Of a DNA stretch of 64,000 nt, positions 1 to 11,459 are shown one piece after another. How positions within the stretch are numbered: the stretch's first letter is position 1; each line of letters opens with the position of its first letter. Source of the stretch: Octopus sinensis (lineage: Eukaryota); contig NC_043012.1 of NCBI RefSeq assembly GCF_006345805.1, positions 1,612,001 to 1,676,000 on the forward strand, written 5' to 3'. The translations under genes and the position numbers were made by a program. Under the pieces are notes generated by a model. The model had not been told where the DNA came from. It did no database searches and saw nothing but the letters and a program-made list of their open reading frames with translations.

Positions 1-311
1 AGTAGCAGCATATTGCTATTGAGCGCTTTTTTTTTTTTTACATAACATCCTATTTGTTCAAATGATGTACTTTTCAAAGAGACAAAAGTGATTGGCCATC
101 AATTTAAATATAGAGTACAAAGTTCTAAAAAATTTTCTCTCTGTTCGCCTGACACAACCATTAACGCATCAATGAAAATTTGGTTATTATAAATGCTTTA
201 TGTGGAGGAAGAACACGTATGTATATCGACATAGCACGCCCCAGTGGCAGCAGGATCAATGTGCCTAGAAACTCAAAGAAGCGTATAATGACTTCGCTCA
301 TTCCCACGCTG

Positions 312-463
<152 letters not shown>

Positions 464-1612
464 TTAGGTTGTCAAGTAAGTTCTTGTGGAATTTTTAATT
501 TTGGTTTTAAACGATGTATTTTCAAATCAATTTTCGTTAATTACTTTGACTTTATAAATCATTTTAAAGCCCGTTTTTCGCTCTATCAAGTCGTGCTACT
601 ATTTTTTTTCTTTTTGAATAATTAGGCCATTTTTTTCGGAACGTTGAATACAATATGGACAAAAAGAAAATTTGCACAATTTTCTTATTCCAGTCAAAGC
701 TAGGCCGGAAAGCTGCTGAAACAGCTCGCGGTATCAACGATGCGTTTGTCCCAGGAACCACTAATGAACTTACGGCACAATGATGGTTCAAGAAATTTCG
801 TAGTGGTGACGAGAGTCTTGAAGATGATAAGAGTAATGGTCGGCCATCGGATGTTGACAACGATCAACTAAGAGCCTTAGTCGAAGCCAATTCACGCACA
901 CCTGTTCGAGAGCTTGCTTCTGAATTAGACGTAACGCATATGACAATTTCCAACCGCTTGAAAAAGATTGGAAAAATAAAAATACTTGAGAAATGAGTGC
1001 CGCACGAATTGAACGAAAATAAAAAGGGAACAAAATAAAAAACGCCGTTTTGAAGTGTCGTCTTCCCTTCTTTTAATGCAACAAGAACGACCCGTTTCTC
1101 GACCGGATTGTGATGAAAATTGGATTCTTTACGACAACCGGCGACGTTCAGCTCAGTGGTTGGACGCCAACGAAGCTCTACGACACTTCCCAAAGCCAAA
1201 GTTGCACCAAAAGAAGGTCATGGTGACTGTTTGGTGGTTTGCGACCAGTCTCATCCACCACAGCTTTCTGAAACCATGCGAAACCATTACGGCGGAAAAG
1301 TACTGTCAGCAAATGGATGAAATGCATAAGAAACTCCGACAACAACAGACAACATTGGTCAATAGAAAAGGACCAATTCTTCTCCACGACAACGCTCGGC
1401 CGCACGTCGTACAACAGATCTTGCAGAAGTTGAACGAATTGGGCTACGAAACTCTGCCTCATCCGCCATACTCACCAGACATCTCGCCTACCGACTACCA
1501 CTTTTTCAAGCATCTCGACAAGTTCCTGCGTGAGAAATGCTTCAAAAACCAAGACGAAGCCAAACACGCCTTCAACGACTTCATCGCCACCAGAATGCTG
1601 GATTTTTACGAA
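464..1612 (+). mobile_element. Mariner (DD34D) transposon relic, 3'-truncated, transposase pseudogene
   Basis: TA followed by TIR-like TTAGGTTGTCAAGTAAG at 464. ATG at 655 (MDKKKICTIFLFQSKLGRKAAETARGINDAF, HTH region). Motifs WILYDN, LLHDNARPHV and HPPYSPDISPTDYHFFKHL are present, with stops and a frameshift near 780-1050. The right TIR is missing. Confidence 0.93.
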
Positions 1613-1870
1613 GACCGGTGACTGTTGTGCGCTGACGACGAGTAAAACCCAGAAACTCGGAAACGTGCGTATCACGTCAGGTCGACGATGGGAAGGATGG
1701 CTTTCCTTTGCAAATACTGACAGGGCACAGAATCTGTGTCAATACCCAGCTGGAGATGTTCTCCTGAGGCTACAAGCTACAGTAGCATCCACCCTTAGTG
1801 GTTGGCCACATTTAAGCGGCAAATATACTTCACGTTGTCGTGCAGCTATTGTTTATACCTCGTTCAGAGA
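1613..1870 (+). mobile_element. Short repeat carrying a hammerhead-like motif (probable Penelope-like pLTR fragment) that truncates the mariner
   Basis: CTGACGA at 1632, stem CGAGT/ACTCG, GAAAC at 1660; ends at a TA run. Confidence 0.5.
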
Positions 1871-1893
1871 TTTATATATTATATATATATATG

Positions 1894-2105
1894 TAAATGT
1901 AAAAAAATACAAACTGGGACAAGAACGTAAAGCATTTAGAAGACGATACAAAAAACACGGACGGGACATTCGAAGCCTTCAATCTTCAGTCAAGAACCGG
2001 ATCATCTTCGCAATTTCGGCTGATTAATCTCGAGATTGCTCCGATCTGGCCAGCCCCAAAGGAAAATCTAAGCCAAGCGCATTAGATTCTTTGGCTTAGA
2101 TTTCG
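1894..2105. repeat. TA-flanked interspersed repeat, second copy at about 45997-46110
   Basis: AAATGTAAAAAAATACAAACTGGGAC...GAAGCCTTCAATCTTCAGTCAAGAACC recurs at about 46000. Internal hairpin AAAATCTAAGCCAAG / TTGGCTTAGATTT. Confidence 0.8.
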
Positions 2106-2440
2106 TCACCCTCTTTACCATCGCTCCTCATCCATCCTCTCCATGTGACCAAACCATCTTAACACTCATCTGTCCATTTTAGTTGTTAGTTTTTCTCTCA
2201 TTCCTGCTTGACTTCGGACATCCTCATTCCTCATCCTGTCAATCCGTGTCACACCAACCACACCCCTCAAACATCTCATATCAAACACATCTAGTCGCCT
2301 CCTTTCCCAACCTTTCACAACTCCCCTCCATCACTCTATATCCCACTTCCTCAGCCACCACCTCCAGCCGCCATCGCATGTGATCCCAGTTATTTAAAAA
2401 CACTCACCTCATCTTACATCTCACCTTTTATACTCACCAA
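2105..2440 (-). mobile_element. LINE reverse-transcriptase C-terminal fragment (degenerate)
   Basis: Minus strand reads LRWFGHMERMDEER, a typical post-RT motif of RTE/L2/CR1-group LINEs. Confidence 0.7.
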
Positions 2441-2824
2441 AATATTTCTGTTGTCAGTTGTGTTTGCTTGATTATTTTTAGAGAGAATATTTTGTGTTTA
2501 GATCGTATTTATTGTTAAATCAATGTTTGCCACCCTCTTGTACTATCTTATATCTCTCCCCACTACTACACACTCAATAACACTATAAAAATAGTCAAAT
2601 TTTCCCCAAGAACTTAGTTCAAATTGAAAACTCCTCTAGAATGGACGAAAGTGCTAATATATGATATATGATATATAAAAACATGTAATATACAAATAAA
2701 TATCTGTAAATATAAAACCATCCGAATTTCTGAGTACCTCATTTCTTCTATAAAATACCTTTACATTATCTCCAAACCTTCTAATATATATATTATATAT
2801 ATATATATATATATAATATATATA

Positions 2825-2869
<45 letters not shown>

Positions 2870-2894
2870 CATATAATATATATATATATATATA

Positions 2895-3041
2895 CGACGG
2901 GCTTCTTTCAATATCCGTCTACCAAATCCGTTCACAACGCTTTGGTCGTCCCGAGGCTATAGTAGAAGAAACTTGTCCAAGATGCCACGCCGTGGGACTG
3001 AACCCGGAACTACGTGATTGAGAAGCAAGCTTCTTACCACA
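2895..3041 (-). mobile_element. tRNA-derived SINE family A (head and body)
   Basis: Reverse complement of GTGTGGTAAGAAGCTTGCTT...GGTTCAGTCCCAC...TTGGGCAAGTG...GAAAGAAGCCCGTCG, seen many times in the window. Confidence 0.9.
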
Positions 3042-3883
3042 CCCGGTAGGACGAAACATGTAAAACTTTTCAGCGGGTTTTGAACCGGTGAGGTATCTAC
3101 GAAATGAATGCCCAACGTTCCCATTCCTTTGTCATACACACCACTCACTGCCTCTTTACGTTCTGATTTCATCAAGTTCCACCGAAATTTACCTTTGTCC
3201 TTCATCCCTTTCGGGGTCGATGAAACACGTGCCAGTTGAGCACGTATTTCATCGACTAGGCCCCTCCTGCAAAATTTCAGACCTTCTGCCTATAGTAGAA
3301 AGGGTTATCTTGAAATATTACTGAAAATAGAGCGTTATAAAATTTAAACCTAGATGTCCAAGTTTTTGCAGATATAAGTCCTGACCTCATATCTCTACTA
3401 AACATGTAGGTGTTTCTTTTCATATCTAATGAAGCACAGAAGAATCATCTTATTCACAATGAAGTCGTGCTAACAGCCCAGTTTTGCTTTTTCTTTTGTT
3501 TTTTTTTGGTTTTTGTAACCAAGAAGTAAATTACGCTCGATTTTATTTTCGTGATCTCTGCATTAAAATTGTACGATAAAGAAACCACATAAGAGAGCGT
3601 TTGTCACTGCAAGTACGATTACTCAAATCCAGCCACTGCCATTATAAGATGATTTTCGCAGAGTCATAACTTGTGTAAACACTAACAGAAAAAAAAAAAA
3701 AGGTTGTTGATTCACCTAATTCACAGAAAGCGGTAACTCTAGTGTTGATTAAAACGTGTTGTTTTGGGGTTCAGTCCCACGGTGCAGTACTCTGGGACTA
3801 GTGTTTTCAGTTGTAGCATCGCACCGACCTGAAAACAAAAGCCTTATGAATGAATTTGGTTGACAGAAACGGTGTCGAAGACC

Positions 3884-3884
<1 letters not shown>

Positions 3885-3959
<75 letters not shown>

Positions 3960-4001
3960 GTCTATCTGTCTGTCTGCCTGCCTGCCTCTGTGTGTGTTTT
4001 A

Positions 4002-4038
<37 letters not shown>

Positions 4039-4040
4039 TA
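3885..4040. repeat. (TATC)n/(TGTC)n/(TA)n compound microsatellite
   Basis: Direct reading of the sequence. Confidence 0.95.
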
Positions 4041-4194
4041 TGTGAAATAGAAAGATGAATAATCTTGTAGTAGATTAATCAAAGTTTAACCGATACCTTA
4101 GTAGCAAAAATCACAGCAGTAAACAGCACGGTTGGAGGTACAACCATCTGGCGTTGCAACCGTGCGTTGGTGCGGATATTGAAATTAAATAATG

Positions 4195-4195
<1 letters not shown>

Positions 4196-4272
<77 letters not shown>

Positions 4273-4308
4273 GATATATATATATATATTATATATATAT
4301 ATATATAT

Positions 4309-4390
<82 letters not shown>
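4196..4390. repeat. (TA)n microsatellite
   Basis: Direct reading of the sequence. Confidence 0.97.
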
Positions 4391-4392
<2 letters not shown>

Positions 4393-4393
<1 letters not shown>

Positions 4394-4553
4394 CAAGCGT
4401 GGCTGTCTGGTAAGAAGTTTGCTTCCCAACCACATGGTTCCAGGTTCAGTCTCACTGCGTGGCACCTTGGGCAAGTGTCTTGTGCTCTAGTCTCGGGCCG
4501 ACCAAAGCCTTGTGAGTGAATTTAGTAGACAGAAACTGAAAGAACCCCTTCGT
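4393..4553 (+). mobile_element. SINE family A
   Basis: GCGTGGCTGTCTGGTAAGAAG (A-box-like) and GGTTCCAGGTTCAGTC (B-box-like) followed by the family body. Confidence 0.9.
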
Positions 4554-5429
4554 ATACATATATGCATACATATATACATACATACATAATGACTGAAAAT
4601 ACGGGATGGTCACGGATGGAATAAATTTAATCATAAGCCAGTCCAACCAGAGCAGACCAATGGCTAAACAATAGTCGCACTGAATATTCTCAGAATTAAA
4701 TCCACAATCTTCTATCGACACAATCTTCTATTCTGCTGATGGTTTAGCCCAAAGTCTGCCCTGATCCAGTAGACAGACCTATGATCAGGTACGTTTAGGC
4801 ATGACTATCCTGCCTTATTTTAAGGCTTAGTATATCTGGGATCACAACACCCAATGTGTTCTTAACTATCCTTTTTACGTAAGTAGAGTATAATTTTAGC
4901 GGGATCTTGTCGCTATTTCTAGCAGGTTGAGCAACTGCATTAGAAGACACTTACATAAGATACAATGTTTGTGTTTAATCCCAGGTTAATCCTTATCCAG
5001 CATACCTGCGATCAAAGATATTCCAATCAAAGTCATCCAATCTTTTATTCAGATATGATGTATCTAGGACTACATTATCTAATGTTTCGTGTAGTAGTTG
5101 GTATTAATGACTATACCCGTTGTTGCTTAACCGTAGGTTAGCCTTGATCCAGTAGACCCATGCTCAATGATGCCCTGTCTATGATCATTTTGTATTTTTT
5201 GTCGGGGTGTGCGTGTGTGCGTGTGTTGGAGTTATAGTGTATTACTGGTAGTTGTAGTGATAGCTTTCGTAGTGGTGGTAGTAATCTTTCAGCTCTCAAA
5301 CGGTTTCCCTTTTGAAATTAGAAAGCACATGATACTAAAATAACCCTTACTTTTAACATCTTACAAGCTGATCCCTACTTTTACTCACAGAAGCTAATTC
5401 TCGCGGTAAACATCGGACCAAGGTGGGAT

Positions 5430-6760
5430 ACCTAGCTATGTAGCACTTTAGTTGAATAACCCATCTTTAATGCCACTGGCCAATCATTTTCTGGATACAA
5501 TATTTTTTGTGCATTTAAAATAACAGCAATGTGACATAATCGACATTTTCGGTTGCATCTTTGGGTTCTGTGGTGTTGGTGAGAGGATGACGGATAGGAG
5601 AGGGCGGAAGAAGGGCTTGCAGGGCGCATGCGCGGCAGGAAGCGGAAGCGGCAGGTTCTAAGGACATTACTGTCTTTTTTGTTCATAAGTTATTTTATAG
5701 CAATTATTCTTCGATTGCAATCACGTAGTCTTTAAAATGTGATGTGATGTAGTGGTCACAAGTCCAAGAAAGGCTTCGCTTCATATTGATATTACTACCA
5801 TCTTCAAGTCTTTGGGAAAACATATCCATAGATAATATTTTATTTATTTTTTGTTATGCTAAGTTTCACATCCAAATCTTCCTTGAAATATGCTAATCCA
5901 GCTGGTTTGGGACTGTATGGAAACTCGACAGGAAGAGTGTTTCCTGAGAATCTCAGTGCCAACACGTACGGTCTTGTTTTCAGCAGTAAGTTTATGTATT
6001 TAACTAGCAGTATCGCCCGGCGTTGCTCGGGTTTGTAAGGGAAATAACTATATAAACATTTTTAGAGAGTTATAGCCAAAGAATAGCAAAAAAAAATGCA
6101 TTAAAAATGGAAAAAAATGATGGTAATTTGTTTTTAAATCGTTGACTCATCGTAGACATTTTTAGAGAGTTATTTCCCTTATATAATAGTGAAGAAAATG
6201 CATTAAAATGGAAAAAATGATGGTAAATTATTTTTAAATTCGTAGACGCGCGCTAATACCCAGAAGGGCTCGATATGAATCACGACTATAAGATACCCGC
6301 TTTTGGTTACACTGCACCGCAAAATGTGGGAGTAGTTAGGAATCTAAATCGTAGGGGACAGACAGCACAACTTGACTTTTATATATAAAGATTTTACTGC
6401 TGTTGTTTAGCAGGTGTTGTGTGTGAGAAAGAGAAGGGTTATACGACATTCGAAGTTCTTCTGCAGTGATTGCAGGCCCTTACCTCCTTCATCTCTTCTT
6501 ATGGAAAGCCTATTCATATCACCGTTTCTGTGGAAGTTTCCAGTTGATGACAGAATCTTGTGGGTTTTAATGCCTATGGAGTGGATTTCATCTTGAGACC
6601 AGTTAAGTATTTTAAATGCTGGTTGTTATCAATACTGGTACTGAAAATGCATTGTGAAAATAGATTTGGTGTAAGAGGAAGGTTCCGTCTACCATATTTC
6701 TCAAAAGTTGGTGCAATATTTCCGGGTTACTCAATCTTTATTCACAGCATCCTCGTGTGA
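5430..6760 (-). mobile_element. R4/Dong-type (RLE-clade) LINE fragment, degenerate, interrupted by a Helitron
   Basis: Minus strand reads IKTHKILSSTGNFHRNGDMNRLSIRRDEGGKGLQSLQKNFECRI (FHxNSDVDRLYxxRxxGGRGL motif), then KDYVIAIEE and RKCRLCH (start of the zinc knuckle). Confidence 0.75.
6004..6391 (-). mobile_element. Non-autonomous Helitron, copy 1
   Basis: Minus strand A|TCTTTATATATAAAAG ... CCCGAGCAACGCCGGG hairpin ... CTAG|T: TC start, CTAG end, subterminal hairpin, AT target, no TSD. Confidence 0.92.
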
Positions 6761-6787
6761 TATGTATGTGTATACATATATGTACGC

Positions 6788-6798
<11 letters not shown>

Positions 6799-6833
<35 letters not shown>

Positions 6834-7200
6834 TTATGTGTGTATGTGTCTTTGTGTGTGTGTGTGTATATATATATATATTATATCTGATACGTTTTTA
6901 TAATATACATACATGCATATCTGTGCATGTATGTACACACACACACACACACATACACACACACACTCACACACACACAAACACACACGCACACACACAC
7001 ACACACTCACACACACACACACACACACAAACACACACGCACTCACACACACACACGCACACACACTCACACACACATGCACACACACACACACAAACAC
7101 ACACACGCACACACACACTCACACACATGCACACACACACACACACAAACACACACGCACACACATCCACACCCACACCCACACCTACACACACGCAATC
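6799..7200. repeat. (TG)n / (CA)n compound microsatellite
   Basis: Direct reading; explains the HTHT and CVCV ORFs. Confidence 0.95.
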
Positions 7201-7739
7201 ATATTCTTGTAATATAGACATTTAGTTCAACACTCTCGTCTTTTCTTTTAACAGAGAACCGCACCCCAAACTGGGAAATAATGTAAGATAAGAGAAAAAA
7301 ACTAGAGAAAATAGTCGAAAGAAAGGAAGGGGAAATGTTTCATATCACGTAATAAAATGTGTTTTAATAGACAACGATACAATGTTATTGTCAGTTCAAA
7401 CAAACAGTAATAGTGTGAGAGACGGACTCTTATTTGTTCACACAAAACATCGTTATTGACCCAGAACATCGTTAAGCTGTATCTGGAGAAATTCTTTTTA
7501 ATAGACATTTGCAAAGAGTTTTCGAAAAGATTATTATAAACAGGAGAAAGAAAGGATAGAGAGAGAGGTGGGGGGTGGAGAAATGTGAAAGAGAGAGAGA
7601 GATGGAGAAAGAGTGAGAGAGAGAGAGAAAGAGGGGGAAGAGAAGAAAAGAGAGAACGAAGTCTGAATGACACAAAAAGCAACTACAATTATATTTTTAC
7701 TCAATGATATAAGAATTTCTCACGTTAGTTTGTGTGTGT

Positions 7740-7742
<3 letters not shown>

Positions 7743-7824
<82 letters not shown>
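7743..7824. repeat. (GA)n microsatellite
   Basis: Near-perfect AG run. Confidence 0.97.
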
Positions 7825-7827
<3 letters not shown>

Positions 7828-8139
7828 GTGTACGTACGTACATTCGTAAATATAACATGTAGATACATGGATACACAAACACACATTTGTGTATATGTAT
7901 TTATGCGTTTATAAATGTAATATATTTATTTATGGACACACACACAATCACAAACACGCATACCTATTTTCAAGTACATTCATACATAGAAATGGAAATA
8001 GACAAAACAAGAAAACATAATCACCATGCCGTTCACTTCGACATGAACGGCAGGTAACCAGAACCCCTAAGGGCGGTGAAAACAAACGAAGATTCATTTC
8101 TCAATATAACAAAAACTCCCCAACAAAGACCTTTTCTAT

Positions 8140-8700
8140 GTCTTTAGAAAATACTTCAGCCCTTCTCCTCACAAAACTGCTAAACATCAACAAAGTTCAG
8201 GTGAGGACCACAATGGCACATTGCTTCCACATCTAAGGCCAAAAATACTTCAGCCCTTCTTCTCCAAAATTGCTAAACCGCAAAAGAGTTCGGATGAGGA
8301 TCCCAATGGTTCATAGATTCCAAATTAAGACGGTGTTGCTGATACATATACATATGATAAAAATACTTCAGCCCTTCTCCAAAATTGCTAACCTGCAAAA
8401 GAGTCCGTCTTCTTGAGCTTCCTCGCTTTCAATGACAATTCAGACTTTCTGTCCATGACCTCTGAGTTGATTATTCAGTTCCGTTGTAGATGTACATCGT
8501 TTGCAGCAGAGGTGAGAGGCGAAATCTGTAACTCACTGTACATTTCCACATAGCTTCCAAATTAAGACGGTGTTGCTGCTACATATATATGATAAAAATA
8601 CTTCAGCCCTTCTTCCCCAAAAATTGCTAAACCTCAAAAGAGCTCGGGGGAGGACCACAATGGTACAGAGCATCCAGATCTAAGACGGTGTTGCTTCAAC
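8140..8700. repeat. Degenerate direct repeats of about 100 bp (4 copies)
   Basis: AAAATACTTCAGCCCTTCT...TGCTAA recurs near 8148, 8243, 8362 and 8597. Confidence 0.8.
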
Positions 8701-8969
8701 GCGGCATCTAGAGAAAGGCCAGTTGACTATAACGCGACATTTGTTTGACTCACCAATACAGTCTGGATCGCTTCTGTGTGAAATACATCTTCAGATTTTT
8801 ATGGAAAATTTCTACGCAAACGAAGGACTCCATGCAAAGTACAGAAATCACAACCATTTTTCGGGTTGTGGGGTGAGGGAACAAACTAATTATTAAAAAG
8901 TTATGAAGCTTTTCAAGACTGGAATATACTAGAGTTTCAACTAAGATGCGGCCAGTTTCTACTGATTGC

Positions 8970-9330
8970 CGTCTTTCTTGAGCTTCCTCGCTTTCAATGA
9001 CAATTCCGACTTTCTGTCCATGACCTCTCAGTTGATTATTCAGTTCCGTTGTAGATGTACATGGTTCGAAGCAGAGGTGAGAGGCGAAAGTTGTAACTCA
9101 CTGTACACCTCCAATTGGTTAGGTCTGCACACGTCACCACTCTTGCATTGCCATAGGTTGATCAGTCGATGGAATGGCATATTTGCTATTCCGAATTTTA
9201 CCTGTAGGTGCTCAGAGTCTTCAGGCAAGTGATGATATACTTTGCTTGAAGACACTGTACAACCATAGGTGAATAGTAAGAGACTGCCTCGACCAAAATA
9301 ATGTTCATATATTGATTCCGATATCAGCAT
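8970..9330 (-). mobile_element. Degenerate RTE-like LINE RT fragment; 8970-9108 is also duplicated at 8408-8545
   Basis: Minus strand reads FTYGCTVSSSK...LQVKFGIANMPFHRLINLW...LEVYSELQLSPL, resembling the FxYLG...RIxxAxxxFxxLxxxW thumb region. Confidence 0.55.
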
Positions 9331-9372
9331 CCTGGGTACACAACCGCATATATTATATAATATATATATATG

Positions 9373-9761
9373 TGTATCAAAAGAAAAACAGGACGCAAAG
9401 GATTTTGCGGTACATATGCTTCGGGCTTTATTGAACAACTTATTCTTATATCAATGCATAATTGATATAACAGATAGATCAAAAGCCTTCTTCAGCCGCG
9501 TACAATTACCACACCAAAGATATGTATCACATTATAACAGGTTTGAGAAAAAACCGAGTTTCATTGGGAAAGTAAATCCTCATAGGCGTACATGGAATTG
9601 CGAGACTCCAAAACAAATCGCCCATACCGTTTTTTCACTCGATAAAGGCTTTTGATCTATCTGTTATATCAATTATGCATTGATATAAGAATAAGTTGTT
9701 CAATAAAGCCCGAAACATATGTACCGCAAAATCCTTTGCGTCCTGTTTTTCTTTTGATACA
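9373..9761. mobile_element. Fold-back element (about 117-bp near-perfect inverted arms, about 155-bp spacer)
   Basis: Arms 9373-9489 and 9645-9761 are reverse complements; I see a single mismatch. Flanked by TA-rich sequence. Confidence 0.88.
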
Positions 9762-9852
9762 TATATCCTATCACCTATACACTAGCTGGCATATACAGGT
9801 GCTTACATTAATCAAGTATCCACCCTGAATTTATTGTACCTATATATGTATG

Positions 9853-9946
<94 letters not shown>

Positions 9947-9967
9947 ATATAATATATATATATATAT

Positions 9968-10539
9968 ATGTAAATGTAATATGTGACAATTATTCGGTAG
10001 CCATGATAAAACTCCGAGTTTCGGATGTCGGGGTGGAAATCAACGCCGCCATCTCTTCAGTTATCCGGCCATCGTAAAAATGCTCTATTTTACATAATAT
10101 CGAGGTCTCTTTCATTCTTTTGTTGTCTTACCATTTCTATCAATAAGTTACCTCCCGTACACCGCTATTTTTTCCTAAGGGCTAATTCAGTTTATTGGGG
10201 GAAAATCGCCAGACATCGGTTGAGGACTCTGCCCCGTAGAAGAATTCAATATAGACGCCTACTACATCTATTATTCTATGAAAAACGTACTTATACCATC
10301 AAGGGAACTATACTCTAAGAAACTTTTGGAAAAATTACAGACCTTATTAAGCGCATGAGATGGAAAGCTTTCTTTTGCAACATGGAAGAGGAGCATTTTT
10401 CCGATGGCCGAATAACGGAAGAGATGGCGGCGTGGATTTCCGGCTACCGAATAATTGTCACATATTACATTTACAGATAAATTCATCTATTTACATAATA
10501 TCGAGGACTCTTTCATTCTTTTGTTGTCTTACCATTTCA

Positions 10540-10540
<1 letters not shown>
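9968..10540 (+). mobile_element. Penelope-like element fragment with an inverted pLTR copy and the ORF N-terminus
   Basis: 10272-10380 reads YSMKNVLIPSRELYSKKLLEK/ITDLIKRMRWKAFFC (frameshifted; resembles the PLE N-terminal motif KNIPIPS...IKRMRWKA). Inverted arms at 9972-10086 and 10391-10474; direct repeat at 10087-10137 and 10490-10537. Confidence 0.72.
10005..10065 (-). ncRNA. Type-I hammerhead ribozyme fold
   Basis: Minus strand: GATAA-CTGAAGA-GATG(G)CGG...CCG(A)CATC-C-GAAAC-TCGGA-GTT-TTATC. Stem I is GATAA/TTATC, the core is intact, and there is a GUU cleavage triplet. Confidence 0.65.
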
Positions 10541-10589
<49 letters not shown>

Positions 10590-10710
10590 TTACATATGAT
10601 TGAATATGTCTATTTTATGTGTTTTGATATTGATGTAACATCTATTATATAACTAACAGGTATATTTGTAGCCCAGTATCACTTTGATGGCATGCACTGT
10701 TCTCTCACTC

Positions 10711-10748
<38 letters not shown>

Positions 10749-10759
10749 TAATAATAATA

Positions 10760-10811
<52 letters not shown>
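10711..10811. repeat. (AAT)n microsatellite
   Basis: Direct reading of the sequence. Confidence 0.97.
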
Positions 10812-10815
<4 letters not shown>

Positions 10816-11368
10816 GCCCTGATGCAGTACCAGGCAGTGGCTCTCATGGCTTCTGATCTTAACTGATTGGAAGTGTTATCATGTACATTGTTTTGTCTTG
10901 GTATAAAAGATGGGCTACAGCAAATATTCTGCTCAATACCACAGATTTGCTTGTCAGTTGTTTGGCCTTCACCAGTTGAGCATGTCCCTTAGTGGCTGAC
11001 GATATGTGCATCTCTGATCACGAGCAGAAGTAGTGGGGGAGCATCATGGCCATGTGTTGAGAGGGATTCTTTGGGGTTTGAATAATTCACCTCTGGAAAC
11101 ATAGGTGTTTCGTTCAACATCCTAAAGCAACCCTTATTCAGGGACCTTTTGAGCAGGATGGGCTACTCAATCTGAAGAAAATTCTAACTGGGCCCCACCT
11201 GCAAGGTCATGTGTTTATCTTGATATGAGATCACCATGTCGCGCACATATGGTTGTGATGCATGTATCTGGTGTACCTTTATCAGACGGGTAGTCATGAT
11301 GGGTATATTGGGCTTCGTATATTTTACCCCAGTGTCACTTTGATGGCATGAACTGCTCTCTCACTCAA
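10812..11368 (+). mobile_element. Non-coding interspersed repeat of about 560 bp embedded in (AAT)n; other copies at 15535-15984 (-) and a 3' fragment at about 10665-10710
   Basis: Same sequence in reverse at 15.5-16.0 kb; ends in CTCTCACTC followed by (AAT)n. Confidence 0.85.
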
Positions 11369-11459
11369 TAATAATAATAATAAATGGCTGTACCCCAGCA
11401 TGGCCACAGCTCGTGAGCTGAAACTAGATAAAATAATAAAATAATAATAATAATAATAA

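Noticed and set aside
1955-2000. Minus-strand CTGAAGATTGAAGGCTTCGAATGTCC as a hammerhead
   Set aside because: GAAU instead of GAAA, and no consistent stem I or stem II.
3042-3085. GGAC-GAAAC-ATGTA-AAAC, a hammerhead 3' half; a similar eroded motif lies at about 2622-2655
   Set aside because: The 5' core is absent (a SINE abuts it) or heavily mutated, so the fold cannot be completed.
5432-5686. 84-aa ORF with a Cys/His-rich end that looks like a real C-terminus
   Set aside because: The RKCRLCH part belongs to the degenerate R4/Dong relic; there are no splice signals or independent support.
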